Origin: a virus | DNA length: 64,000 bases | Virus record (IMG/VR): IMGVR_UViG_3300045988_115142 | Direction: 5' to 3' (one strand) | Part shown: positions 17,001 through 27,267 of the stretch, one piece after another | Numbering within the stretch: position 1 is the stretch's first letter | Layout of the letters: the number at the start of each line of letters is the position of its first letter | Position numbers and translations under genes: made by a program | The notes under the pieces: generated by a model | Seen by the model: only the letters and a program-made list of their open reading frames with translations | The model's database searches: none | Told to the model about the DNA's origin: nothing

Positions 17001-19253
17001 ATTATATCCAGTAGGAGTACCGAAAGATCTGATAGTTACAGTTTTACCATAAGGAGCAATAAATGTCTTAGTAGAACCTTTACCATTTCCATTATTAAAT
17101 GTAATAATATTATCGATTCCTTCATAAGTTGCAGTGTATTGTGCTTTAGGTAAGTAATCATCAGAGTCTACATGGTTAGTAGCAGCTGGTAATGTAATAT
17201 TCACTACACCATAACGTTTAGCTGGAGTAGCTGTTACAGTAATATCACCATGAACAGCAATACCATTATTATACCCAGTAGGATAATTAATAGTACCAGC
17301 TTCATAATGACCAGTTACATCATTACGTTTACCTAATAAGAATTCAACTACTGTACCGTAATCCACATATGTAGGCTCTGTATAACGTTCACCTGTAGCT
17401 TTATTTACGATATAGATAGTTTGACCTTCTGTTTGATTAGGAGTAATTAAGAACTGTTTGAATCTGCTAGCTTTAACTTCAAGTCTAGTATCTTTAGTTA
17501 AAGTGATAGGTTCTAATACAGTATCATTTCTGTAACCTTCGTCTAAAGATAATTCAAATTCAAATCTAGTATCATGTAATACTCTAGTCAAAGTAAAGTC
17601 ATCAGTATAAGTACCGAGTACATTACCATCTTTCTTAACTTTAAGTCTAGTATGAGAATCTGGAGATACAAAGTCTACAGTAAGATTATATCTCATAATT
17701 CTTTCAGCAGAAGAAGCAGTTACTGTAATAGATCTATCTAAACTAGCAATAGAAGTTACACTTAAACGACCAGGAGTCCAATCTTCTGTATTAGTAGATT
17801 CGATACTGAATGTAATTGAACTGCCGAAATCGGCTTCAAATGATGTAGTATATCGTTGACCATTGCATGTAGCGTAAATGGTTTGACCTTCAGATTGTTG
17901 TAATTGAACTTTATATCTCTTAATAGTAGAAGGTTTAATTCTAACAGAGATATCTTTATTCAATACATATTCACTTAATACAGTAGCATTACTATAACCA
18001 TTATCTATAATGAGTTCAAATCTAACTTCTGTATTTTCTTCAAGTCTAATCACATCCGAATGTGTAATATTGATAGTACGACCATCACCAGTAATCAATT
18101 TAAGAGTACCATGTAAATCTTGAGGATCATTCATATCAAATAATACATCTACAGAATAATGGACTTCATCACTACCAGTAGCTTCAGTAGCGGAGATAAT
18201 AATATTATCTGTAATATCAGCTTCTTGAATATTAGCAACACCAGGACTCCAATTTTCATTTTTAGCAACTACTTTAGTTGTAATATGACTATTCATTGGA
18301 ACTGTAATAGAAAATCTTTCTTTATATACTTCTACAGTACCAGAAGGTTCTGTTACATAAACCCAAATGTTTTGGTTTTGATATTGTTCTACTGTAATAG
18401 TCTTCATAATAGGAGAAGCGGAAGAAGCAGAAATAGTAGTACCACGTTTATTTTTGTCTTTAACTTCTTTAATCTCACCAGCATTCCAACCATCATTTGC
18501 ATCAATATAAACGGCATAATCATGAGCAACATTCATTGGAATTTCAAATGTTTCGTAATAAGATTTACCATTATATTCTACAGAAATACGTTGATGTTCT
18601 GATTGATTAATACGAACGATATAAGACTGAACTCTAGGAGGTTCGATATTTCTGATAATTACAGATTCTGTAAGTTTATCAATTCTATCGTAGTTTAAAG
18701 TACCTTCATAGTAGTTCTTATCAGCAGTGATTGTAAACGTAATCTCACTACCATATTCAGCCATAAATGGTTCAGTATAGTCTTTTTCATTATAATGAGC
18801 AGTAATAGTTTGATGTGGTACTTGTCTAATATCTACTCTGAGTATAGTCTTAGTAGGTTCAGTTAAAGCTTCTACTACAGTATCTTCGGATAATACAAAA
18901 TGAGTTAAATTAGGTTTAGAAGCATCGTAACCTTCATCAGGAATTACTTTTACAGAGATAGGAGTCTTAGCTTCTAGTTTAGTATTAGATACATACTCAC
19001 CAATACCATCAGAGATTTTAATAGTTTGATGAGGTCCTTGAATAATAAATACTGTAAAGTATTGTGTAGGAGGTATATATTCATGAGAAGTATCAATCCA
19101 TATATCTCTATATTCTGGATTCTTAGGAGGTTCATGATCTATAGTGATTTTGTTCTCTTTATGTTTATCATAAAACCTAAGACCAGCTTTTATATCAGCT
19201 ATAAGCTTGGCGAGAGAATCACCAAGCCTAACTATAAATTTAGGATATCTCAA
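14040..19253 (-). CDS. giant fibre protein (1737 aa): N-terminal WIDT motif, many ~85-90-aa beta-rich modules, C-terminal DUF285-type LRR array
   Basis: TTG start with AAAGGAG 7 nt upstream. Repeated modules with the Q..HQTI...Y.GK.YTE.F signature, at least 12 LRR repeats, and a conserved C-terminal IKNLPTDINTFCSIARINKSQV block. Confidence 0.85.
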   Translation of the reverse strand: MRYPKFIVRLGDSLAKLIADIKAGLRFYDKHKENKITIDHEPPKNPEYRDIWIDTSHEYIPPTQYFTVFIIQGPHQTIKISDGIGEYVSNTKLEAKTPISVKVIPDEGYDASKPNLTHFVLSEDTVVEALTEPTKTILRVDIRQVPHQTITAHYNEKDYTEPFMAEYGSEITFTITADKNYYEGTLNYDRIDKLTESVIIRNIEPPRVQSYIVRINQSEHQRISVEYNGKSYYETFEIPMNVAHDYAVYIDANDGWNAGEIKEVKDKNKRGTTISASSASPIMKTITVEQYQNQNIWVYVTEPSGTVEVYKERFSITVPMNSHITTKVVAKNENWSPGVANIQEADITDNIIISATEATGSDEVHYSVDVLFDMNDPQDLHGTLKLITGDGRTINITHSDVIRLEENTEVRFELIIDNGYSNATVLSEYVLNKDISVRIKPSTIKRYKVQLQQSEGQTIYATCNGQRYTTSFEADFGSSITFSIESTNTEDWTPGRLSVTSIASLDRSITVTASSAERIMRYNLTVDFVSPDSHTRLKVKKDGNVLGTYTDDFTLTRVLHDTRFEFELSLDEGYRNDTVLEPITLTKDTRLEVKASRFKQFLITPNQTEGQTIYIVNKATGERYTEPTYVDYGTVVEFLLGKRNDVTGHYEAGTINYPTGYNNGIAVHGDITVTATPAKRYGVVNITLPAATNHVDSDDYLPKAQYTATYEGIDNIITFNNGNGKGSTKTFIAPYGKTVTIRSFGTPTGYNNQDDITVKVADDNNVTIPAPTPRGFRITSNSSEANYFKIVATDTAGTKYQPSDTIPYGTRITLGIEPFDTDHTISEINSLPLYYSNKQNKYFTLPDTIMPITGYNTDPANGKLGIVITKDISAAAVVPTTGAYGVVNITVPAFNGVVDDEYLPHTSYVVSYQGLTTPLVFTNGNGKGGGAKFVAPFGANVTIRQSAAITGYDTIQDVTFTVGATNNITVPNPTPKTYLFTAHNVEDHYYRIIAIDETGHGYENSERIPYGTKVRFNVVPYDDDYTVVSMDGIDFDRSNTTNKTFLLPGVVKYVSGDETINFLPVNTFKYATNDIDASIMDGDGAIPPTEVKFIDVTFEDPTKAWIESIREARFAGIPYEQYNGLNKNKTIWVYNIPNIKLQITPAFAENIKSPAYVIDSLDSSTYRIPITANTINIPVPRANEYNVTLVQSPYQTIVMNYNGNDYTESFKAKPNLPLVLKYTNVDKEVFEPAADIKTYNDDSLYEFDGPTRTINNPTNRDVKVTSQPEFKYETTGVLFKNLPETMSESDKNKTNKIFSYGLVRDAGGAFANNINIKTIDTKDWNLNGVKSTTGMFSSCSSLTTVDVSKWDTSTITKIYNMFNRCSNLVSLDVSKWDTSKVENMSSIFTLCSKLKNLDVSKWNTSNVTDMSYMFMDTGITALDVSKWDTSKVTTMYEMFRNSINLKSLDVSKWNVSKLELANSMFEGTGLETIDVSKWNTSSLKYTDSMFSSAFLTSVDLSNWDTSKIITMRNMFSVNTIRTSKLTSIGSTTNWDTSNVEDMSGIFHYCDKLQSVDVSRWNTSKVTNMANMFNLCESLTALDVSKFNTSKVTSMYAMFANCLKLTNIDVSKWDTSNVTDMTGMFNACNEITNIDVSKWNTSKVKNMRWMFKTCFKLKSLDITNWDTSNVTNMESMFDSCRDLKSIIGVIDMKSCTNYAKMFDACTNITNVKIKNLPTDINTFCSIARINKSQVTIVS

Positions 19254-19268
19254 TTTATTCTCCTTTCA

Positions 19269-22200
19269 TTAAGATACTACGGTAACTTTAGATTTATCTA
19301 TATTTGCATTGTTACAAAAAACATCTAAAGTCATTTTTAAATTCTTAACTTTTACAGATATAAGATTCGGTGTATTATCAAACATACCGTATACATCATA
19401 GCATGATTTTAAATCCAAAACTCCATTGATATTAGTGAGGCTAGTACAGTTTCTAAACATATCCTCCATTTCTTTCACATTACTAGTATCCCATTTAGAT
19501 ACATCAATAGATGTAAGGGAACTACAATTACTAAACATACTACCCATATCCGTCACATTGTTTGTTTTGAAGTTAGAGACATCCAATATTCTCAGAGACG
19601 AACATCTACTGAACATACCTCGCATACTTCTACCTTTACTAGTATCCCATTTAGAAACATCTAAAGTTGTAAGGGAACTACAATTACTAAATACACTACC
19701 AAAGGTATAACTATCTTTTACATTACTAGTATTCCACCTAGATACATCAATAGATGTAAGAGAACTACAACCACTAAACATACCGTTTATATCTGTCACA
19801 TTACTGGTATCCCATTTAGAAACATCTAGCGTCGTAAGAGATCTACAATCTTTAAACATACTTCCCATATCTGATACTTTACTGGTATTCCACTTAGATA
19901 CATCTAAAGTTGTAAGAGACCCACAACCACTAAACATACTATCCATATTAGTAACTTTACTGGTAATCCATTTAGATACATCAATGGCTGCAAGAGAACT
20001 ACAGCCACTAAACATGCTATCCATACTTCTCACATTACTAGTATCCCATTTAGATATATCAATAGCTGTAAGAGAACTACACCCATTAAAAGTAGAACCC
20101 ATTGATATAACGCTGCTTGTGTTTGTTTTAGATACATCGATCTTAGTTAAGGAACTACATCCAGTAAAGGTTAAGTCCATTTTTGTAACATGTTCGGTAT
20201 TGATTTTATCAAAATTAGATACAGTAGTTAGCTTATTATCTGGATAAAATAAATAAGATAAATCTGTAATATATGAATTTTTAAATACACTCATATCTAT
20301 ATAATCTAAACTAGTTGTATAAGTAAATGCACCCGTCAATATAAGATCACCTGATAATTTCCAAGCTGAAAGGTTTTTCTTTAATTCATCCCCTGTTAAC
20401 TTTTCACAACCACCAAAAATATAGGATATATTATGAATATTTTCTTTTAATTTAATTACAGGGAATTTTGTGACCAAACGTGCATTCTTAAAAGCACCAT
20501 TAGCAGCAATTATATCATTAGCATTTTCTGCATAATTATAATCATCTTCCCTCAGTTTATCTATTGTTTTAAAATAAAGAGAAGTTTTATCACTAGGCTC
20601 ATAACCAATTGCTGAAATAGAATAACTAGGATTTGGATTAGGGTATGGATATTTTCTCATAACAAAATCAGTCAAATCAACTGGTTTGATTGTAGCTGGA
20701 GTAGCAGTTATTGTTTTATTTTCTTTAATATTAGTAAAACCTGTACTGGATAGGGTACCAACTTCAATTCTTATAGGATCAGAAGTTTCGATACCAAATG
20801 TACAATCATCACCATATTCTACAATAAATGAGTCTGTCTTCTTAACCCCTTTATACATAGCATAAATAGTTTGGTTAGGAGTTTGTGTTAAAGTGATAGT
20901 AAATTGTTTCTTAGAAGTACCTTGGATAACTAAAGTATTATCTTTATTCATAGTAATAGAATTAGGATTTCTGGTTTCAGTATATCCTTCTTCCATAGTA
21001 AGAGCAAAGGTTAACACAGTCCCATACTGGAATTTCAATACAATATTTTCAGTATAAGTACCAAATACAGTACTATCTTTAGTTACCTTTAACGTAGTGT
21101 GAGCTTCTGGATCAAATACTATTTTGAGATTGAATTTCTTAATTTCAGCAGGTGTAGCAGATACAGTAATATTAACTCCATCTACAACAGCAGATAATTT
21201 ATCAAGAGTACCAGAATTATAACCAACTTCTGGTACTATTTCAAATTCAACTCTAGTGCCACTAGGGACTCTTACAGGAGTAGAGCTTCTTACATCACCA
21301 TATTTAATATAAATAGTTTGATGTGGAGTTTGTATTGGAGTTACAGTATACATAACTGGTTCAGCATCAGATACAGTTACTTCTAGTGGTTCTAAACCAG
21401 CTACTGTATAATCAGCATCTACATTTAGAACACCAGCTGTCCAACCTGGATTGGCTTCTACAGAGAATTGAATTTTATCACCAAGATAAGCTTCAAATGT
21501 AGTTTCAAAAGTTTTACCTCTATAGACAGCAGTTATCGTTTGATGACGCTTTTGTCTAATACGAATTTTCTTCTTAGCTTTACCAGCAGCAGAAGCTTTA
21601 AATACAATATTATCGAAGTTAGTAGCACGTACTTTAGTACGATTTAACAATCCAGGTTTATATCCTTCTTCTGCTTCAATAGTAGCGGATACAATATCTC
21701 TACGTTTGATAATGAAAGGTTCCGTATGTTTAGTACCCTTATAATCAACTGTAATAGTTTGATGTGGAGATTGGTATATCAATACTTGTACATTTTCATT
21801 ACGTTGAGGGTTTGTTTCAGCAGCAATAGTAAAGTTCTCCTGAATATCTCCAGGACCAGGATGATCCGAAGTACCAGGGTCATAATTAACTAATCTTGTA
21901 CTGCAATCTGAAGTATATTTAGTCTTATCTTCTGCTGTAAAAGAATAAGAAGTAGTTTCATCTCCAAATCTGATAATATTACCAGGATCAGTAAGATGAA
22001 CGTTGATATCTTGTAATTGATATTGCTCTACAGTTACTGTATGAATAATAGGACGAGCTTCAGAAGCAGAAATAGTGGTAGAATTAGAAGCTAAATCAAT
22101 AGCTTCTTTAATTCTACCTACATAATATCCATCATCATCAGTAAGAGCTATATAAGATTTATAGTTAAGCACTTTACCAGCTGGAATGGTAAAAGTTTGT

Positions 22201-22313
22201 GTATAACTCTTACCATCATGCTTAACTGTAATTAATTGATGATCTGATTGAACTATATTTACAGTAAAAGGACTATCAGACTTCACTGGAGGTTTAATTG
22301 TTTTAGTCCTCAT
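19269..22313 (-). CDS. large fibre protein (1014 aa): HQTI-type modules plus C-terminal DUF285-type LRR array
   Basis: Same module types as 14040..19253. About 10 LRR repeats (DVSKW(N/D)TSxVxxMxSMFSGCSSLTxxD). The start overlaps the end of 22303..23610 by 11 nt. Confidence 0.85.
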   Translation of the reverse strand: MRTKTIKPPVKSDSPFTVNIVQSDHQLITVKHDGKSYTQTFTIPAGKVLNYKSYIALTDDDGYYVGRIKEAIDLASNSTTISASEARPIIHTVTVEQYQLQDINVHLTDPGNIIRFGDETTSYSFTAEDKTKYTSDCSTRLVNYDPGTSDHPGPGDIQENFTIAAETNPQRNENVQVLIYQSPHQTITVDYKGTKHTEPFIIKRRDIVSATIEAEEGYKPGLLNRTKVRATNFDNIVFKASAAGKAKKKIRIRQKRHQTITAVYRGKTFETTFEAYLGDKIQFSVEANPGWTAGVLNVDADYTVAGLEPLEVTVSDAEPVMYTVTPIQTPHQTIYIKYGDVRSSTPVRVPSGTRVEFEIVPEVGYNSGTLDKLSAVVDGVNITVSATPAEIKKFNLKIVFDPEAHTTLKVTKDSTVFGTYTENIVLKFQYGTVLTFALTMEEGYTETRNPNSITMNKDNTLVIQGTSKKQFTITLTQTPNQTIYAMYKGVKKTDSFIVEYGDDCTFGIETSDPIRIEVGTLSSTGFTNIKENKTITATPATIKPVDLTDFVMRKYPYPNPNPSYSISAIGYEPSDKTSLYFKTIDKLREDDYNYAENANDIIAANGAFKNARLVTKFPVIKLKENIHNISYIFGGCEKLTGDELKKNLSAWKLSGDLILTGAFTYTTSLDYIDMSVFKNSYITDLSYLFYPDNKLTTVSNFDKINTEHVTKMDLTFTGCSSLTKIDVSKTNTSSVISMGSTFNGCSSLTAIDISKWDTSNVRSMDSMFSGCSSLAAIDVSKWITSKVTNMDSMFSGCGSLTTLDVSKWNTSKVSDMGSMFKDCRSLTTLDVSKWDTSNVTDINGMFSGCSSLTSIDVSRWNTSNVKDSYTFGSVFSNCSSLTTLDVSKWDTSKGRSMRGMFSRCSSLRILDVSNFKTNNVTDMGSMFSNCSSLTSIDVSKWDTSNVKEMEDMFRNCTSLTNINGVLDLKSCYDVYGMFDNTPNLISVKVKNLKMTLDVFCNNANIDKSKVTVVS

Positions 22314-23610
22314 AGTGGATTTGATCCTCCTTATCTTCTATTCTAAATATAACTGTTGTGCCAGAGGAAAGGCTAGTATTAAATGTTTCACTCCAGATTT
22401 TAACCTTATAAGGATCAGTTACTTTGAATTTATTATTTACGATATCCTTAGTCTTAATTCTTAGACCAGAATCGTAGTTATCTCTAAGTGTAATATTAGC
22501 TGCTGTATAGGATACGTCAGTAAATTCTACTTCTAGATACTTAATATATCTTCCAGCACTATCTTTTTCACGTTTAATGATAATAGACTTAACTGGTTCT
22601 AAGTTATTATACTTACCAAGGATATTATAACCTGTTTGGATATCAATATCTCCAGTATCTGTGATCTTTCTAATCTCTTCTACAAGAATATCAATATCTT
22701 TACCATGAATTAAAGCATTAGTTGTTTTAGTAAAACCATAAGTATTACCATTTACTGTAGCTTTAAGGTCAATATTAACTGGAATATCAGAATAGTGGTT
22801 TAAATCATATAAGATTTCGAATAACTTAGGTATAGCACCATTAGTTTCGTCAGCCCATGTAGCATGTCTAACTAATAAGTCTTCTGAATCAAACTCTTCA
22901 GCTGTAATAGTCTTAGTATAAACTACATCTCTACGTTTAGGATATCTGAATTGATGATTGATAGTAATAGTAAGGCTATCAAATGGTATTACTCTATCAG
23001 GAGTTCTAATAGTGAATAATACATTAAAGCCATTACCACTAGCAGTATTATCTTCATCATAATAAGCCATTAGAGATAAGATATAGAATGGTTTACCATC
23101 TATATCGAATTGAGCAGATTGCATAGAACCTATTTGTACAGGAGGTCTGTCTTGATCTTGTATCCAATTAGCTGCTGGTGTATAATAACCGTAGTAAGCA
23201 GTTCTAAAGTGCTTACCATACATACGATCATATTCTTTACGACCAGATTTAAGTACCCAGTTAGAAGATACTTCAGCCATAATATCAATATACTTATCAG
23301 CAGTATTATTAATGATATCTGCACTGATATTAATATCTTTAGATAAGTGCTCTTCTACAAAACCAGAGATATTTACTTCCTTAGAAGCCTCTAATTGCTC
23401 GATTACAGCAGTCAACGATAGGAAATTATCATCTATATAAGGTTTATTGAATACCTGTGCTGAGTGTTCTCCAGTATCGATCCAAATGTCACCTTCTTCA
23501 GCGGCATTTGGTCTTAGAAAGGAGACACGTATTTTATTTTGTTTTTTATTGAATAACTTATTAGCTGAATCGCTTAATAAGTTAGTCAAATGAGCCAATC
23601 CAAAAGCCAT
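22303..23610 (-). CDS. fibre/baseplate-associated protein with N-terminal EEGDIWIDTGE motif (435 aa)
   Basis: AGGAGG RBS. It shares the N-terminal motif with six other genes in the window. Confidence 0.75.
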   Translation of the reverse strand: MAFGLAHLTNLLSDSANKLFNKKQNKIRVSFLRPNAAEEGDIWIDTGEHSAQVFNKPYIDDNFLSLTAVIEQLEASKEVNISGFVEEHLSKDINISADIINNTADKYIDIMAEVSSNWVLKSGRKEYDRMYGKHFRTAYYGYYTPAANWIQDQDRPPVQIGSMQSAQFDIDGKPFYILSLMAYYDEDNTASGNGFNVLFTIRTPDRVIPFDSLTITINHQFRYPKRRDVVYTKTITAEEFDSEDLLVRHATWADETNGAIPKLFEILYDLNHYSDIPVNIDLKATVNGNTYGFTKTTNALIHGKDIDILVEEIRKITDTGDIDIQTGYNILGKYNNLEPVKSIIIKREKDSAGRYIKYLEVEFTDVSYTAANITLRDNYDSGLRIKTKDIVNNKFKVTDPYKVKIWSETFNTSLSSGTTVIFRIEDKEDQIHYED

Positions 23611-23623
23611 GTTATCCTCCTTT

Positions 23624-24256
23624 CTAATAACGAATAACTGTTACATGTAATTTAATAGGTTCTCCTTCTTTAGAGCGAATATATTGATATATCTCGTCAT
23701 TTGTAGTCCAATCGTTAATGAAACCTTTTTCACGTTTCAATACATCATGTAAACCATCAAATACCAATGTATATTTATTATCGATAGAGATAATAATCAC
23801 TTTAATATATTCAGAATATTTACCAAGAGCTTCGAACCAAATTTCACCCTTAGTATTTACAGCAAACCAGTTAATATTACCATCTAGAATCCAATCATTA
23901 GTTAATTGACCATAGTTACCTTGAAGATAACCTAACCAATTACCATCTTTAGAGAATTCTGGAGTAAATACAGTATCGATATCGTTTTTATCGTCTATAG
24001 TAGCAGAAATAGAAAGACTTTGGTCTGTTACTTCAAGTTGTTCAATGTTTGCTGAAATAGGAAATTCCTTTTCACTAAGATTATTATGATCTATAGCATA
24101 AGAAATCCAGAGGTCACCTGCCTCAGGATCTTCAGGAGGGATTTCACCAAAATGGATTTTATTTTCTTTTTTCTCATGTAGAGTATTGAAGAAGTATTCT
24201 ATACTATCAATAACAATAGATAGTCTAGCCCCCAATGGGAAAAGAAATTTAAACAT
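23624..24256 (-). CDS. fibre-associated protein with N-terminal PEAGDLWISY motif (210 aa)
   Basis: The ORF track start at 24313 would run into the terminator at 24322..24345. The internal ATG at 24256 has AAAGGGG 6 nt upstream, so it is the preferred start. Confidence 0.7.
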   Translation of the reverse strand: MFKFLFPLGARLSIVIDSIEYFFNTLHEKKENKIHFGEIPPEDPEAGDLWISYAIDHNNLSEKEFPISANIEQLEVTDQSLSISATIDDKNDIDTVFTPEFSKDGNWLGYLQGNYGQLTNDWILDGNINWFAVNTKGEIWFEALGKYSEYIKVIIISIDNKYTLVFDGLHDVLKREKGFINDWTTNDEIYQYIRSKEGEPIKLHVTVIRY

Positions 24257-24321
24257 TTCAAACCCCTTTCTTAATAAAATATGAAGTTTAATTATAATAA
24301 TGTTTTCGTGCACAAGAAATA

Positions 24322-24345
24322 CCCCTATCCAATATTGGATAGGGG
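24322..24345 (-). terminator. palindromic hairpin cccctatCCAATATTGGatagggg
   Basis: Perfect inverted repeat 13 nt after the stop of 24359..24568. Confidence 0.65.
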
Positions 24346-24358
24346 ATAAGGTTTTATC

Positions 24359-24568
24359 TTATTTCTTGGTTACGTTATAATTAGTTTCGATAAAAGTCTT
24401 CAATTCATCTTCATCTACATAAAGCAAACCAGTAGAATTTACTCGAAGCATAGTACCATTAGTAACTCGCACACCACCAATTTTAGTATCAGTAGCAGCA
24501 GGAACAAAAGTAGCTTCTAAAGGTACAACTACCCATTGCCCATCACGATAAACTTTTAATTGTGCCAT
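24359..24568 (-). CDS. small fibre-associated protein (69 aa)
   Basis: The ATG at 24568 has AAAGGAG 9 nt upstream and avoids overlapping the upstream gene, unlike the track start at 24604. It contains the TKIGGVRV.NG..L motif that also occurs in the giant fibre (ELGGVKVGEGL). Confidence 0.6.
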   Translation of the reverse strand: MAQLKVYRDGQWVVVPLEATFVPAATDTKIGGVRVTNGTMLRVNSTGLLYVDEDELKTFIETNYNVTKK

Positions 24569-24585
24569 TAAGTATAGCTCCTTTC

Positions 24586-27240
24586 TTAACGTTGACGTCT
24601 CCAAACGAATGTTGTAGCAGAAACAGAACCGAATGTAATATTATTACGAGTGTCAGATTGTTCCCAGAAAGTACCACGCCAAGATACATTTGGATCAAAA
24701 TTAGCATCAGTAGTCATATAAATAGAACCGACTGGATATGCTATATCTATTGCTGTCTTAGTCTCAATAGCACCATTAATAGCTGCATTAAGACTTCTAC
24801 CACCTAATGTAGTATTGTCAGTAGATAAGTCTACAGGGCCAGTAAATTTATTAGTACCAGTAAAGGTATTAGTTCCACCTTCAGTAGGGATAGTATCTTT
24901 CCAATCTAAAGTGATATTAGTACCACCACCAACTCTAACTTTATGGTTAGATGGTGAGATTTGAAGAATAGCAGTTGTCTTATCTTGACCAAAACCAATG
25001 CTCATTGCTGTAGTATTAGTTTCGTTCTTTAACTCAGCACCTTTAAATACATCAAATGTATTGAATGGGTGTAGAGATGTGATAGTACGTACTCTATCAT
25101 AATCTTTTTGACGGAAAGAATCAATATCAGTAGCTCTATAAGGACTCATAAAACCAAATGCATAGTCATAAGTATTGATAGAGGATTGAGCATCTCCATC
25201 GTTTACTATAATAGCATCTTTAGTATCACTACCAATAACCAATTCATCTGATTTGAAATGAACTTTTACACCAGAGTTCTTACCAGCAATCTTAGTATCA
25301 TCATTCATAACGATATTGCCAGTCATATTACCACCAGCTAATGCTAAGTATACATCAGCTAATAGATTAAGGTTACTTGGGGTGATACCATCAGTAATAC
25401 CATAGCCAGCTAATGTAGTTGGCTTATTGGTAATTTCATTAAATGGAACTACAACTTTACGGTTTTCGATAGCACTAATACGACCATCATCACCTAAAGT
25501 AAAAGATGGAACGTATTGACCAGTATTACCGAACTTACCACCCATTACAATTCTGTTAAGTTCAGTTTCAATAGTGATATCTTCACTACCATCGAAGTAA
25601 GCATTACCCGCAACAGAACCAGTTAAACCGATATTACGAGGGTTTACTAATTTAATAGTAGCTTCAGAAGTAGCAGAGTCTGGAGATACGTTAATATAAG
25701 CTGTACCAGACCAACGATAGATTTCATTATTATCATTAGTGATATAAATGATTTCTTTATTACCTATTCTAGGTAAAGATTGGTAGTTCTTAACATTCTC
25801 TACCGATCTTACAAAGGAAGGAAGTTGGTTAACTGGTACTCTACCGTGAGCATCAAGTGTAGCTACACCATAAGGTCTAGATTTTTCATCTTTAGGAATA
25901 TAATCTAGTTCTACATCTTCAGTACCATCTACAGAGAAACCATTAATTTTAAATGGTAATTGAAGTTTAGTTGCTGTATCAGCATTACCTTTTAATCCTT
26001 CTTCTGTAAGTTGAGTACCATTAGCAAATTTAACTCCACCTGTAGTGAATTTAATATCATTGGAGTTCATATTGATAGCACCATTCATAGCACCACCGTT
26101 AGAACCAAGATATTCTGTTTTAATTTCTTCACCATCATCGGAGTATAAAGAACTAAATCTACGTGTTATCCATGTAGTAGTACCATCTATAGTTTCTCCA
26201 CCAGGAGTTGTATTCCAAGTAGGTTCTAGTACTGCTGTAGTACCAGCGGTTTTACAGTATAAATATAATCCAATAGGAAGATTTTCTGTAAATACAGTAT
26301 CTCCTACATGATATTCTTTAGAACGTTCTGTAGCTACCATATTACCTACACGGATAGCTTTATAAGCTGTACCAGTGTAGAAGTCTTTATCTAAAGTAGT
26401 CTCTACAGATTGGTCTGTGCCATTAAAGGTTAACCCACCACCGACTTCAAATGTAATTCGATGGTTAGTCATATTACCACCAAGAAGAGATAAGTAATTA
26501 TCATCTAATTTCTTGGTAATAGCAACTAAGTTATTACGATATTCATCTGTAAAGTCATTAGTAGATAGAACTTTAGCTCCATCTTTCTTTACGAATGTAT
26601 CGTCGATATGTTGTTTAGTATAAGTAGGATTGCTATCATTATCTGTAGTAAGATGATCTAGCAATGCCTTATAGTCATCATCGAAGTCATTAGAGGATAA
26701 ACCTTGACCAGTACGTCTATGGATATACTCTTTATCGATTTGACCTTTATCTAAATATTCGTCTTTGAGTTTATAATGAAGAATACCAAACATGTACTGA
26801 AGTTTAGATAAAGCAGTAGATAAAGTATCTCCATGCTCTAATTCACCTCTAGCAATAGTTTGGATATTGGTAATAGTTACATGATTAGAATCTGTAGTTA
26901 ATAGACTACGTTTTTCTAATTCTTTTACTACATCTTCAAGTGCTTTCTTATCTTCATCAGTAAAGTCATTACTAGAGAAACCCATTCCTTCAGCAGGAGC
27001 TACGAATTTATCTAGTTTATCCCGAAGGTCTTTATCTAAGACATGAGCAGTTTGATCCAATACTCCGAGATAATAAACGATGATAGATAAAACTTCAGAA
27101 AGCTTCATACCTTCTGGAATTATATTGATATCACCACGATACGGTGCTAAGTTAGTTACCGTAATATGGTTACTATCATGCAATTCAGAAGATACTGTAC
27201 CTTCTACAGCTGGTGTAGTAACAGGAGTAGTATCAGGCAT
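24586..27240 (-). CDS. tail fibre protein (884 aa)
   Basis: Three (S/L)S(S/T)NDF(T/D)D(E/D).(K/R) repeats, GVATLDAHGRVPVNQLP, ADTATKL...INGFSVDGTEDV and NIGLTGSVAGNAYFDGSEDITI. These motifs are characteristic of phage tail fibres. Confidence 0.8.
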   Translation of the reverse strand: MPDTTPVTTPAVEGTVSSELHDSNHITVTNLAPYRGDINIIPEGMKLSEVLSIIVYYLGVLDQTAHVLDKDLRDKLDKFVAPAEGMGFSSNDFTDEDKKALEDVVKELEKRSLLTTDSNHVTITNIQTIARGELEHGDTLSTALSKLQYMFGILHYKLKDEYLDKGQIDKEYIHRRTGQGLSSNDFDDDYKALLDHLTTDNDSNPTYTKQHIDDTFVKKDGAKVLSTNDFTDEYRNNLVAITKKLDDNYLSLLGGNMTNHRITFEVGGGLTFNGTDQSVETTLDKDFYTGTAYKAIRVGNMVATERSKEYHVGDTVFTENLPIGLYLYCKTAGTTAVLEPTWNTTPGGETIDGTTTWITRRFSSLYSDDGEEIKTEYLGSNGGAMNGAINMNSNDIKFTTGGVKFANGTQLTEEGLKGNADTATKLQLPFKINGFSVDGTEDVELDYIPKDEKSRPYGVATLDAHGRVPVNQLPSFVRSVENVKNYQSLPRIGNKEIIYITNDNNEIYRWSGTAYINVSPDSATSEATIKLVNPRNIGLTGSVAGNAYFDGSEDITIETELNRIVMGGKFGNTGQYVPSFTLGDDGRISAIENRKVVVPFNEITNKPTTLAGYGITDGITPSNLNLLADVYLALAGGNMTGNIVMNDDTKIAGKNSGVKVHFKSDELVIGSDTKDAIIVNDGDAQSSINTYDYAFGFMSPYRATDIDSFRQKDYDRVRTITSLHPFNTFDVFKGAELKNETNTTAMSIGFGQDKTTAILQISPSNHKVRVGGGTNITLDWKDTIPTEGGTNTFTGTNKFTGPVDLSTDNTTLGGRSLNAAINGAIETKTAIDIAYPVGSIYMTTDANFDPNVSWRGTFWEQSDTRNNITFGSVSATTFVWRRQR

Positions 27241-27267
27241 CTAATTACCTCCTTTTCTGAAAAATAG

